From IMG/VR virus record IMGVR_UViG_3300012078_000003: a DNA stretch of 56,966 nt; one strand, written 5' to 3'. The translations under genes and the position numbers were made by a program. How positions within the stretch are numbered: the stretch's first letter is position 1; each line of letters opens with the position of its first letter. Shown one piece after another: positions 32,752 through 41,328 of this stretch. The stretch is from a virus. The notes under the pieces are model-generated. The model made no database searches, was not told the DNA's origin, and saw only the letters and a list, made by a program, of their open reading frames with translations.

Positions 32752-32843
32752 TTAATAGTGGGATATCCCGACGGGCGAAAAGGAAGTTTCCCGCTTTACT
32801 TCCCACAACATTATTAAATGGGAACGCAAGGGAGTGACCTTGA

Positions 32844-33077
32844 ATGGAAAAAGACAAAGTTGTAGTATATCGTGGCGCTGAAATTATGCCGGGCTGTCAT
32901 TGTAGGGCGTGCGGTTGCAATGTGATCGATCTTAATTGTCGGAGCATGAATATCAAACCGTATGACGAATGGGACTGGTGGGCATATTGCGCAAATCCTG
33001 CCTGTGAAAATCACAAGGGAGAGGGACAAGACCAAGATATAATCAATTGGATTGAAAATGACACGAGTATTGAATAA
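32844..33077 (+). CDS. Cys-rich small protein (77 aa)
   Basis: GGGAG SD. CHCRACGC...CANPAC. Confidence 0.65.
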   Translation: MEKDKVVVYRGAEIMPGCHCRACGCNVIDLNCRSMNIKPYDEWDWWAYCANPACENHKGEGQDQDIINWIENDTSIE

Positions 33078-33086
33078 AAAGAGCAA

Positions 33087-33107
33087 GCCGCCGAAAGGCG
33101 GTTTTTC
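33087..33107 (+). terminator. GAAA-tetraloop terminator
   Basis: GCCGCC-GAAA-GGCGGT + TTTTT. Confidence 0.75.
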
Positions 33108-33130
33108 TCATGCCCGAAAGGAGCGTTGCC

Positions 33131-33526
33131 ATGAGCCGAGAAGCCGATTTTTCCGAATTGGAGAAGTTTTTCAAAAACTGGCAAGATGCATACAGCGATT
33201 TTGAGGACTTCCTAAAAAAGTTTCTGCTCGAACAAGGCTTGCGCGTTATTGCCAAAACAAAACCGCGAACGCCAGTAGATACCGGCGCATTACGCAATAT
33301 GTGGATGGTCGGGGAAGTCAGGATTGTCGGGCAGGATTTTGAGGTTGAGCTTATCAACAGCATGGATTATGCGTCCTTTGTGGAGTTCGGAGCGCGTAAT
33401 GTTAATGGCTCGTGGCGTGATGGGAGATTCATGTTTACAATTTCGATAGATGAAGTGCAGAGAGCCATGCCCGCACGTTTTGACAAGGCGTTCAAGGCTT
33501 ATTTGCAGAGTAAGGGGGCAACCTAA
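33131..33526 (+). CDS. HK97 gp10-like morphogenesis protein
   Basis: RTPVDTGALRNMW...MDYASFVEFG. Confidence 0.7.
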   Translation: MSREADFSELEKFFKNWQDAYSDFEDFLKKFLLEQGLRVIAKTKPRTPVDTGALRNMWMVGEVRIVGQDFEVELINSMDYASFVEFGARNVNGSWRDGRFMFTISIDEVQRAMPARFDKAFKAYLQSKGAT

Positions 33527-33567
33527 TCTCGCGGCGCGGCGTTATGCATAATTTGTGGGAGGTAGCC

Positions 33568-33807
33568 ATGAATATACTGAATATCGAAAACCTATCAAAG
33601 AATGATTATTGCTATCTTGAAGCGCTGAAACAGGCATTAACTCAGCGCGGAAATTTCGATAGGGACACAACGGAATGTTTGAATGATTTAAAATACCTAT
33701 TCGCATATCGAATAGAACTGTCTAAACAGCAAAAGCAGATAGATCAACACATATTAGAACAGTTTAAAATACCAAAGAATTGCAAGAATCCATGTGAGCG
33801 TGAATAA
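33568..33807 (+). CDS. Hypothetical protein (79 aa)
   Basis: GGGAGG SD then ATG 33568. Confidence 0.6.
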   Translation: MNILNIENLSKNDYCYLEALKQALTQRGNFDRDTTECLNDLKYLFAYRIELSKQQKQIDQHILEQFKIPKNCKNPCERE

Positions 33808-33861
33808 TCCTCACCCGTATGGGCGTTTATTTTGTTTGGAATCAAAAAGTGAGGTGTTATT

Positions 33862-34050
33862 ATGGATTTAACAATTACCGAAATGATGCAGGATAAAAGA
33901 AAAATTGAAAGAGAAATCAAATCCCGCCTAAATGAATTTTGCAATAAATATCATATTACAAATATTGATATAGGGATTTGCAACTATAATTGCCTGGGTG
34001 ATAAGGCTGTACATATAGGCGGTGTAGTAATCAGCGTGGAGTACGAATAG
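33862..34050 (+). CDS. Hypothetical protein (62 aa)
   Basis: GTGAGGTG SD. Track ORF. Confidence 0.6.
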   Translation: MDLTITEMMQDKRKIEREIKSRLNEFCNKYHITNIDIGICNYNCLGDKAVHIGGVVISVEYE

Positions 34051-34082
34051 TAAAGGCGGTGACGCAGGAGGCGAACAACTGT

Positions 34083-34244
34083 ATGCGAATATATTACGCA
34101 ATCCGCAACCTGACATTTCCGATTAGATTGTTTTTTATAAATCTGTATTGTGATATTCGGGAAAAGGAAAGACCGCGAGTGCTTACGTGGGATAATTGCT
34201 TTGAATTTAAGGTTGATGATATTGAGAGCGGCGACGCGCTATAG
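34083..34244 (+). CDS. Hypothetical protein (53 aa)
   Basis: AGGAGG SD 10 nt before ATG 34083. Confidence 0.45.
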   Translation: MRIYYAIRNLTFPIRLFFINLYCDIREKERPRVLTWDNCFEFKVDDIESGDAL

Positions 34245-34255
34245 CAGGAGGTGCC

Positions 34256-34462
34256 ATTATCGAACAGATAAGATGTAATTGCCATGATCGTGCAAAGATT
34301 GTGGCGGAGCGTGACGAACAGGGCAATGTTTATGTGCTGTGTAGGGGCTGTAAAGAAAAAATAAAAATAGAAACTGACCCTAAAAAGCTATGGCCGAACG
34401 CAAAGACAATTCATATCGAAACACCAATAGAGCCGAAAAAGGAGAGCCGAGAAGATGAATAA
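34256..34462 (+). CDS. Zinc-ribbon ORF lacking a canonical start (possible ATT start)
   Basis: AGGAGG then 4 nt then ATT. ..CNCH...CRGC... The frame is open from 34226, and the first GTG would remove the first Cys pair. Confidence 0.35.
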   Translation: MIEQIRCNCHDRAKIVAERDEQGNVYVLCRGCKEKIKIETDPKKLWPNAKTIHIETPIEPKKESREDE

Positions 34463-34718
34463 TCCAATGCAGCCCGTTGTAATCGCAAAAGATGGCCTTA
34501 TAAGATTTAAGGCAAATGAAATTGTGCAATATCTTCTTGATAATGGCGGAATTGGCCTGAATCAGATAGCAATGCTTGACGTTACGGATGGCGATAGAGA
34601 ACAATTCGCGCAGCTTATAGGCTATTCCGTTAACGGATATGGTGAGTTATCATATGTTTCCGATAAATCGTACAACAAAGCCAACAGGCAAGCAGAAAAA
34701 TTAAGGAAATCACTGTAA
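34455..34718 (+). CDS. Hypothetical protein (87 aa)
   Basis: AAGGAGAG SD. Track ORF. Confidence 0.65.
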   Translation: MNNPMQPVVIAKDGLIRFKANEIVQYLLDNGGIGLNQIAMLDVTDGDREQFAQLIGYSVNGYGELSYVSDKSYNKANRQAEKLRKSL

Positions 34719-34806
34719 TTCAACTAAATAATTAGAGCCATTAGAGCCGTTCATTTCCCTATCGGAAGTGGGCGGCTTTTTATTTTGATCGAAAGGAGTT
34801 GATAGC

Positions 34807-35028
34807 TTGCCTGAAACACGCAAACAGGCCGAGGAACGCGCCGAGAAATTAGGCTTTCCAAAAACAAGCGTTATCTGCCTTGAAAAAGATGATAAATGTT
34901 ACATAGTGCCGCATGGAATAACAACAACGGCGGCAAGGCATGCGTATGCCGAATCCAGAGACAGGGGATTGAGCAAGGAACGCTCTGCGAAAATCGCACA
35001 TTCGGTTGAGGAAAAAGCAAATAAATAG
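34807..35028 (+). CDS. Hypothetical protein (73 aa, TTG start)
   Basis: AAAGGAG SD. Track ORF. Confidence 0.55.
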   Translation: MPETRKQAEERAEKLGFPKTSVICLEKDDKCYIVPHGITTTAARHAYAESRDRGLSKERSAKIAHSVEEKANK

Positions 35029-35117
35029 CATTATTGACGCCAGCAAGTGCGTTTTGTTTTTCAAATTATGGCTGACGAGCCTATAATACGGACGCTATAT
35101 AGCGGAAAGGATTTATT

Positions 35118-35765
35118 ATGAGCGAACAACTACAGACGCCAGCAGCACCAGCAGCACCGGCAACACCCGCACCGGTTACACCTACGGCCACACAGCCGGT
35201 CACCACGCCTGTACAGGCGGCACAGACGCCAGCAGCGGCGGCAACGGTAGATATTGAACAGCTTACATCACAGGCGGCGGCAAAGGCCACAGAGGCCGCA
35301 GAGAAGAAGATGGAGGCAGTCTTTAAATCTATGCTCCAACAGAACGGCATGGACGCCGAATCTATCAACAAGATGACGGCTGAATGGAAAGCAAAACAAC
35401 AAACACCCGAACAGGCCATGCAAGAATTAACGGGAACCAACGCGGCCCTGGCCGGACAAGTGCAAGATTTGCAATATCAAATATCGGCAATTAGCAAAGG
35501 CATATCCGCCGATAGAGCGCCAAAGTATATCAAATTGGCGGAAAGCTATCTTGGCGAGGACGGCGATTTCGGAAAGGCGCTGGATGCCGCATTGGTGGAC
35601 TTTCCAATCGCCATGCAGCAAGTCGCCGCACAAGAACCGGCCGCCGCACAACTCCCCGTAGGCGTGTCAATCTATCAGCCAGACGGCAGCAAGGGCGCAG
35701 GCGGTGGCGAAGACCAATTTAATTTCAATTTCACACCATTAAAACCAATACCAAAAAATGAATAG
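35118..35765 (+). CDS. Scaffolding protein
   Basis: Directly upstream of the capsid gene. Pro/Ala/Thr-rich N-terminus, then helical and acidic. Confidence 0.65.
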   Translation: MSEQLQTPAAPAAPATPAPVTPTATQPVTTPVQAAQTPAAAATVDIEQLTSQAAAKATEAAEKKMEAVFKSMLQQNGMDAESINKMTAEWKAKQQTPEQAMQELTGTNAALAGQVQDLQYQISAISKGISADRAPKYIKLAESYLGEDGDFGKALDAALVDFPIAMQQVAAQEPAAAQLPVGVSIYQPDGSKGAGGGEDQFNFNFTPLKPIPKNE

Positions 35766-35777
35766 GAGAGATAATAA

Positions 35778-36668
35778 ATGGCAATTCCTTTGAATTATGC
35801 AACGCAGTACGCGCAGGCTCTTGCGCAGGCATTTCCTTATGTACTTAACTTTGGGGAACTTTATAACACCCCGAATAACCAGATTTATCGTGTGGTGAAT
35901 GCCAAGACAATCGAAATCCCTGTAATCGCCACCACCGGGCGCGTTGACGGAAACCGGGATGTTATCGGCACAAAGACGCGCAACTTTTCCAACGAGTGGG
36001 AAACGAAGCCCCTGACGAATCACAGGAAATGGGACACTCTTGTACATCCTCTGGATATCAACCAGACTAATATGGTCGTGGCTATCCAGAACATTACCCG
36101 CGTATTCAACGAGGAACAGAAGTTTCCCGAAATGGACAGATATTGCATTTCCAAGATTTATGCGGACTGGGCGGCGCTCGGAAACTCGGCCAGAACCGAT
36201 ACGCTCACCATTGCCAATGTGCTTGGCATATTCGATTCAATGATGGAGAATATGGATAATTCCAACACGCCACAGACTGGGCGCATTCTGTATGTAACGC
36301 CGCAGACTTCCACGCTCATTAAAAATGCGCAGGAAATCACCCGCACGTTGAACCTCAAGGAAGACAGAACGCAGATTGTTCGCGAAGTGTCCCGCATTGA
36401 TGAAGTGAACATTGTCAAGGTGCCTGACAGCATCATGAAGACGGCTTTCGACTTCACTATCGGCGCTGTCGCAGCTCCCGGCGCAGGCACAATCCAGATG
36501 GCGCTTATTCATCCCCGCGCAGTCTATACGCCGGTGTCTTATGCTTTCGCGCAGCTTTCCCCGCCCGCCGCTATGTCTGACGGCAAATGGGTGTACTATG
36601 AGGAATCCTTTGAGGATGTGTTCATTCTGAACCAGAGGGCGTCCGCTATTGACTTTGTGGTTTCGTAA
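35778..36668 (+). CDS. Major capsid protein
   Basis: Position after the scaffold gene, size 296 aa, GGAGAG SD. Confidence 0.75.
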   Translation: MAIPLNYATQYAQALAQAFPYVLNFGELYNTPNNQIYRVVNAKTIEIPVIATTGRVDGNRDVIGTKTRNFSNEWETKPLTNHRKWDTLVHPLDINQTNMVVAIQNITRVFNEEQKFPEMDRYCISKIYADWAALGNSARTDTLTIANVLGIFDSMMENMDNSNTPQTGRILYVTPQTSTLIKNAQEITRTLNLKEDRTQIVREVSRIDEVNIVKVPDSIMKTAFDFTIGAVAAPGAGTIQMALIHPRAVYTPVSYAFAQLSPPAAMSDGKWVYYEESFEDVFILNQRASAIDFVVS

Positions 36669-36679
36669 GGAGGATTATT

Positions 36680-36955
36680 ATGCCTCTAATGATAAGGCTG
36701 AACAGGGTAATACAAGTGCCTGATGGCGAGGTTGAGCAGTATAGGGCGAATGGCTATAAGCCATATGGGCCTGTCGCAGAACCGAACACAGACCCGGAGC
36801 AGGGGGAAACCCTTGCTCCTGCTGTTTCGGAGGAATCTACGGATTACAACGACATGGATGATGAAGCGTTGGCCGCGCTTGCCGCTGAAAGGCAAATTGA
36901 CACCACGGATAAAACCCGTAGGCAAGTGATAAACTTGCTCAAAAAGGCCGAATAA
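36680..36955 (+). CDS. Hypothetical protein with C-terminal HeH/Rho_N-like motif
   Basis: AAGGAGG SD. DDEALAALAAERQIDTTDKTRRQVINLLKK. Confidence 0.65.
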   Translation: MPLMIRLNRVIQVPDGEVEQYRANGYKPYGPVAEPNTDPEQGETLAPAVSEESTDYNDMDDEALAALAAERQIDTTDKTRRQVINLLKKAE

Positions 36956-36978
36956 GCTTGTGCTTATGCGATTTTAGC

Positions 36979-37007
36979 TTGTTTTGCTATCCTTAAAATG
37001 ATATAAT
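36979..37007 (+). promoter_or_regulatory. Extended -10 promoter of the ligase-like cassette
   Basis: TTGTTT-17-TGaTATAAT. Confidence 0.55.
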
Positions 37008-37034
37008 ATATACAAACGAATGGAGGAAATGAGG

Positions 37035-37604
37035 ATGAAGAAAATTGTCAGCCTGTTTCAAAGAAATTATGATGGCGACCGCCTTATTCGTGACGAAATT
37101 GTTCCCGGCGCAGAATGGGTTGTTGCTGGTGAGGGCATTGCTACCCGAAAATACGACGGCACATGTTGCATGATTAAGGATGGCGAATTGTACGCTCGTT
37201 ATGATGTGAAGAAAGGCCGAAAGCGGCCTAATGGCTTTATTCCAGCACAAGAACCTGACCCCGTTACCGGACACTGGCCCGGATGGGTAAGATGTAGCCG
37301 GGATGATAAGCAGTGGAAATATCACTTTGAAGCGTTGGATGATTTACAGAACAGCGCAAGCGGCTATGTATTTGAGGATGGCACTTACGAATTGTGCGGC
37401 CCTAAAATCCAAAGCAATCCAGAAGGGTTTGAAAAGCATGTTTTGATTCCTCATGATGGCGCAATTCGTTTCCATGACGCTCCCCGGGATTATGAGGGAT
37501 TAAAAGCATGGTTCCCGGGTAAAGACATTGAAGGCATTGTATGGCACCATCCAGACGGACGCATGGTGAAAATCAAAAAGAAAGATTTTGGGCTGAAACG
37601 ATAA
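37035..37604 (+). CDS. ATP-dependent RNA/DNA-ligase-like nucleotidyltransferase
   Basis: Motif I KYDGT, motif IV EGIVWH, motif V MVKIKKKDF. Confidence 0.75.
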   Translation: MKKIVSLFQRNYDGDRLIRDEIVPGAEWVVAGEGIATRKYDGTCCMIKDGELYARYDVKKGRKRPNGFIPAQEPDPVTGHWPGWVRCSRDDKQWKYHFEALDDLQNSASGYVFEDGTYELCGPKIQSNPEGFEKHVLIPHDGAIRFHDAPRDYEGLKAWFPGKDIEGIVWHHPDGRMVKIKKKDFGLKR

Positions 37605-37612
37605 TCAAATAT

Positions 37613-37642
37613 AAGCGTCTGCCAACAGGTGGGCGCTTTTCT
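37613..37642 (+). terminator. Terminator of the ligase-like cassette
   Basis: AAGCGTC / GGCGCTT + TTTCT. Confidence 0.7.
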
Positions 37643-37667
37643 CATACCAAAAAGGACGGTGATACAC

Positions 37668-37823
37668 ATGCCATTGAGCGAACTGTCGAGACAACAGATA
37701 ATCAACAAACGCCAGGAACGGGCAGAGAAACCCGAGCCTGAAAAAACGGCTGCGAAAAAGCCGAAGAAGGAAAGCATATTTGCGGTTGAGCCGGAGGATG
37801 AATCGGAGGCGGGTGACGGATGA
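37668..37823 (+). CDS. Small Lys/Glu-rich protein (51 aa)
   Basis: AAAGGA SD. ATGA overlap with the next gene. Confidence 0.45.
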   Translation: MPLSELSRQQIINKRQERAEKPEPEKTAAKKPKKESIFAVEPEDESEAGDG

Positions 37824-38242
37824 ATCAACCGATAATTGAATTTAAATCACAGGAAGAACTTGACGCTTGCCTTGCTGAATGGCAGGAGCGTCTTTTTCTT
37901 TCGGATTGGATTATTAAAGCAGCATTATCAGACCCTGGCACGTTGGCAATAAACGGCGAACGGATGCGTGGCATAAATGAGTATCAAGCGGCCATTAAGA
38001 CGGCATCGGTAAGGATTGAGCGGCTAACCATTGATACGGAAGATCGGATAGCGACAGGATGCCACGAATTGACATTGGTGCACGAATTATTGCATTGCAA
38101 ATTTATATTGGCAGACAACGCGCCGAATACCACCGAGGGCGGATTCATGGGGCTTGCAGAGCATCAGTTAATAGAGCAAATGGCAAAATCCCTAATCATG
38201 GCAAAGTACGGAATCAAGTTTGGTTGGTTTAAAAACTTTTAA
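37820..38242 (+). CDS. HExxH-motif protein (putative metallopeptidase)
   Basis: LTLVHELLHCKF. Confidence 0.65.
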   Translation: MNQPIIEFKSQEELDACLAEWQERLFLSDWIIKAALSDPGTLAINGERMRGINEYQAAIKTASVRIERLTIDTEDRIATGCHELTLVHELLHCKFILADNAPNTTEGGFMGLAEHQLIEQMAKSLIMAKYGIKFGWFKNF

Positions 38243-38256
38243 GGGCGGTGGTGGAG

Positions 38257-38622
38257 ATGAATATACTTGATACCGTCAAAACCCTACTTGGCATAACGGA
38301 CGATTCTAAGGACGCGATTCTGACGCTGTATATCGGCATTGTAACGCAAGGCGTACTGAATGCCACTAACCGCCAAGAACTGCCCGCAGAACTCGAATAT
38401 GAGGCCGCTATGATGGTATTCGATATGTATAACGAATTGTCCAATACGAGCGGCACAACAGGTAAGGCAACCTCGGTCAGCGAAGCCGGAAGAAGCGTCA
38501 ACTTCGATACATCACAGGCACAATTATGGGCAGAGAATCGCTTGAAGCAGCGAGAATCGCAGATACCTAGTTTTCGATTGCCGTACAGGATAACGGAGAG
38601 GGGGCGGCGGGATGGCGTTTGA
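38257..38622 (+). CDS. Head-tail connector (gp6-like)
   Basis: MNILDTVKTLLGITDDSKDAILTLYI pattern. Confidence 0.75.
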   Translation: MNILDTVKTLLGITDDSKDAILTLYIGIVTQGVLNATNRQELPAELEYEAAMMVFDMYNELSNTSGTTGKATSVSEAGRSVNFDTSQAQLWAENRLKQRESQIPSFRLPYRITERGRRDGV

Positions 38623-39004
38623 CTTTGGGCAGATTGGCGGCATTATCGGCGATTATATGGACACCGACGAAATTGACATAGGCCGTTCGCAACTTATCAC
38701 GTTGCCGGATGGCTCAACTACCGTCACAGACCCTAAGACCCCGATATACACAAATGTGAAATGTCACCTATCCTTCAATTCCACCGATAACCCCGATCCG
38801 GTCAGCGTGGGCAGCGTCCCTATAATCATGAGCATCACCATTAATTGCCCTGTCGGTGTGGATTTGCAGAATGCAGACTATATCATGGCGCGTAAGCTTG
38901 CAGCAGATGGTACGGTCTTGGAAGAATACCAGGGGACTATAGGTGCGCCCGCAACCAGTCAAAGCAGGCAATCGGCGGTGATGGAAATGAGGCAAGCGGT
39001 GTAG
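38612..39004 (+). CDS. Putative head-tail adaptor/closure protein
   Basis: Position. Track ORF. Confidence 0.6.
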   Translation: MAFDFGQIGGIIGDYMDTDEIDIGRSQLITLPDGSTTVTDPKTPIYTNVKCHLSFNSTDNPDPVSVGSVPIIMSITINCPVGVDLQNADYIMARKLAADGTVLEEYQGTIGAPATSQSRQSAVMEMRQAV

Positions 39005-39009
39005 ATAGT

Positions 39010-39219
39010 TTATATTTTCGTTCCGTCTGGAAATTCAAAGACAGCGGTATAAACCGCGCCGAGGGCGGCGGCAATCCGCTCTAATTCTTCCATAGAAAAT
39101 GTTTCACGCTTTAGCTTTTGATTAAAGTTTGAGGGTGTCATGCCTATTAGACGCGCTAAGGCGGCTTGGCTTATTCCCTTATATGCAACAGCCATATTGA
39201 TTTTTTGCTCCATTGTCAT
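39010..39219 (-). CDS. XRE-family HTH regulator embedded in the structural module
   Basis: GGGGTGA SD 5 nt before ATG 39219. ISQAALARLIGMTPSNFNQKLKRE. Confidence 0.8.
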   Translation of the reverse strand: MTMEQKINMAVAYKGISQAALARLIGMTPSNFNQKLKRETFSMEELERIAAALGAVYTAVFEFPDGTKI

Positions 39220-39239
39220 TGAAATCACCCCCATTAAAC

Positions 39240-39364
39240 AGTATAAGCGATAATCAAGGCGTTGTCAAGTGATTGCTGTACGTTATAAATGTATCAGTAA
39301 AAAATATTTAGAGAAATGTTGATAAAACACTTGACAACATTAAGCGATTGCTGTATACTATAAT
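39240..39364. promoter_or_regulatory. Divergent promoter/operator region of the embedded cassette
   Basis: Leftward TTGACA-17-TATACT (39268-39240). Rightward TTGTCA-16-TATAAA (39262-39289) and TTGACA-17-TATACT (39331-39359). Each rightward spacer carries GATTGCTGTA. Confidence 0.65.
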
Positions 39365-39402
39365 CACAGGAACAAAACAAAGTGATTATGGAGGGTATGA
39401 AC

Positions 39403-39666
39403 ATGATGAACACAGAAAAAGCCAAGAGAATCATTCAAGCGATAAACGAGACTGAGCGGCAACTTGAAAGGGCAACCAAGAAATATAACGATTCCATAGC
39501 TTGTTTAAAAATGGACATTGCCGAAAATGCAGAATTGGGAAATCCAAAATCCGCTAACAGGGCGTGGGTTGACTATTGCAACGAAGATAAAGCGGAAATG
39601 AACCGCTACAAGGCTCATATTGACCGCCTTGCAAAGATGTTGCATGAATGCGTGGAGGGTGCATAA
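39403..39666 (+). CDS. Hypothetical helical protein
   Basis: GGAGGG SD. Several in-frame ATGs at 39388-39406. Confidence 0.65.
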   Translation: MMNTEKAKRIIQAINETERQLERATKKYNDSIACLKMDIAENAELGNPKSANRAWVDYCNEDKAEMNRYKAHIDRLAKMLHECVEGA

Positions 39667-39667
39667 A

Positions 39668-40075
39668 ATGAAGCCTATCGAAATCACAGGCGCGTCACAA
39701 AGGGTAAGCGTAAATGGCGCGGGCGAATGGTGCGCTCTTTATATGTGCCATAAATGTGGGGATGAATTCGCCTATAGCCATGAATTTTGCAGAACTGAGA
39801 AAGATGCCCGCGAAGAAAGTAACACAAGATTTGATGTGCAACAACGCAGATATTGCTATCGGTGTGGATACAAATTGACATCTCTTGATGATATTCCAGA
39901 AAGCGCTTATATTGCAGGGCTGAACGCGGAAATTGACAAATTGGAAGCTAAAAGACGCGACTTGATTGATGAAATAATTACATTGCGGAATTGCTTTGAT
40001 GGACAGCCGGAAGCCGCAAGGATTGCAATGAGTAAGGGATGGATAAGGATGATTCCTTGCGATAACGAAGAATAA
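39668..40075 (+). CDS. Zinc-ribbon + coiled-coil protein
   Basis: GGAGGG SD. CHKCG...CYRCG. Confidence 0.7.
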   Translation: MKPIEITGASQRVSVNGAGEWCALYMCHKCGDEFAYSHEFCRTEKDAREESNTRFDVQQRRYCYRCGYKLTSLDDIPESAYIAGLNAEIDKLEAKRRDLIDEIITLRNCFDGQPEAARIAMSKGWIRMIPCDNEE

Positions 40076-40084
40076 ATACAAAAG

Positions 40085-40108
40085 GCTCACCATTCGGTGG
40101 GCTTTTCT
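40085..40108 (+). terminator. Terminator of the embedded cassette
   Basis: GCTCACC-ATTC-GGTGGGC + TTTTCTT. Confidence 0.7.
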
Positions 40109-40143
40109 TATGCAAAAAGGAGGGAGCGACAATTTATGAATTA

Positions 40144-40584
40144 ATGGCAACCAGCGTCACATCTTCCCTCGGCATACGGCTCCGCGAGATATTCCCCGGC
40201 GTGACTTGGTATCGGGAGACGATACCGGCGCAACTTCTTGTTTACCCCCATTTTTTTGTGAATCAACTTACGCTTAACATTCAACCAGAGCGCCGCAACC
40301 ACTGGTGGGTAAGCTTTTTCGCCACTATGCGATATCATGTAGCCGCCGACCCTGCTAGCGTTGTAGGTTCACTACAGCAGCTGCTTGATGACGCGAGTAT
40401 AAAGTTGTTGGCGGACTTGGATTATATTTATTGGAACGGTATACCGGTGCGAATAAGCAATCTCCGAACCGAAAAAGTGGATGGTGTTTTGCATTGCTTT
40501 TGTAATATTGATGTCATGGCAACGAAGCCGATTGAACTTGATCCGTTGCAAGAGCAGCTTGAGGTTAATATTGCGCGTCCGTAA
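40144..40584 (+). CDS. Putative neck/tail-completion protein
   Basis: Position before the sheath gene. AGGAGGGAG SD. Confidence 0.6.
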   Translation: MATSVTSSLGIRLREIFPGVTWYRETIPAQLLVYPHFFVNQLTLNIQPERRNHWWVSFFATMRYHVAADPASVVGSLQQLLDDASIKLLADLDYIYWNGIPVRISNLRTEKVDGVLHCFCNIDVMATKPIELDPLQEQLEVNIARP

Positions 40585-40648
40585 GGCTAAAACCCTTGTA
40601 GTTATGCCGTTTTTGTGGTATGATTAAAGGTAGAATGGTGGTGTTTTT

Positions 40649-41311
40649 ATGGGCAGGAAGCTGAGAGATAAGACTGGGAAAACGCACACAATGAACAACG
40701 GGCTATGCGCAACCATTATCGGATATCGCAACTGGAACGATATTGACATTCAGTTTGAAAATGGTGCCATTGTTAACAATGAACAATATGGACATTTTGA
40801 ACGCGGAAACATTAAATGCCCAATGCTTATTCGGCAGATTGATGATTATGCAGAGGTCATAAATGTAAATATTGATCCAGTGGTTACGTTTATGTTGGAT
40901 GTAGAGGATTTACCAGCGCTTGGCAAATGGCTTTGGTTTAAGGATAGCAAAGGATATATAGTACGAAACGCCAATCCCGGCACCATTAGACTTCACCGCG
41001 TCATCATGAACGCTCCCCTTGATATGGACGTTGACCATAAGGATGGTAACAAACCAGATTGCCGCAAGCGTAATTTACGCATATGCACAAAAGCAGAAAA
41101 TACACGCAATCGCGCAATCCCTAATACTAATACGAGCGGATATAAAGGTGTGAATTGGGATAGGCAAAAGAGAAAGTGGCGAGCGAAGATTACAGCGAAC
41201 GAACACCGAAATCATATAGGATATTATGATACTGCAAAAGAAGCCGCCCGCGCCTACAACGAGGCCGCGCTCAAATATCATGGCGAGTTTGCAAGACTGA
41301 ACGAAATATAA
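40649..41311 (+). CDS. Free-standing HNH endonuclease with AP2 DNA-binding domain
   Basis: VDHKDGNKPDCRKRNLRICTKAENTRN, then SGYKGVNWDRQKRKWRAKI...YYDTAKEAARAYNEAALKYHGEFA. Confidence 0.88.
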   Translation: MGRKLRDKTGKTHTMNNGLCATIIGYRNWNDIDIQFENGAIVNNEQYGHFERGNIKCPMLIRQIDDYAEVINVNIDPVVTFMLDVEDLPALGKWLWFKDSKGYIVRNANPGTIRLHRVIMNAPLDMDVDHKDGNKPDCRKRNLRICTKAENTRNRAIPNTNTSGYKGVNWDRQKRKWRAKITANEHRNHIGYYDTAKEAARAYNEAALKYHGEFARLNEI

Positions 41312-41328
41312 CCCACAATCAAATAATC

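Noticed and set aside
35081-35440. Minus-strand 119-aa ORF with an Ala/Gly/Val/Cys-rich sequence
   Set aside because: It is the antisense shadow of the low-complexity Pro/Ala/Thr-rich N-terminus of the scaffold gene.
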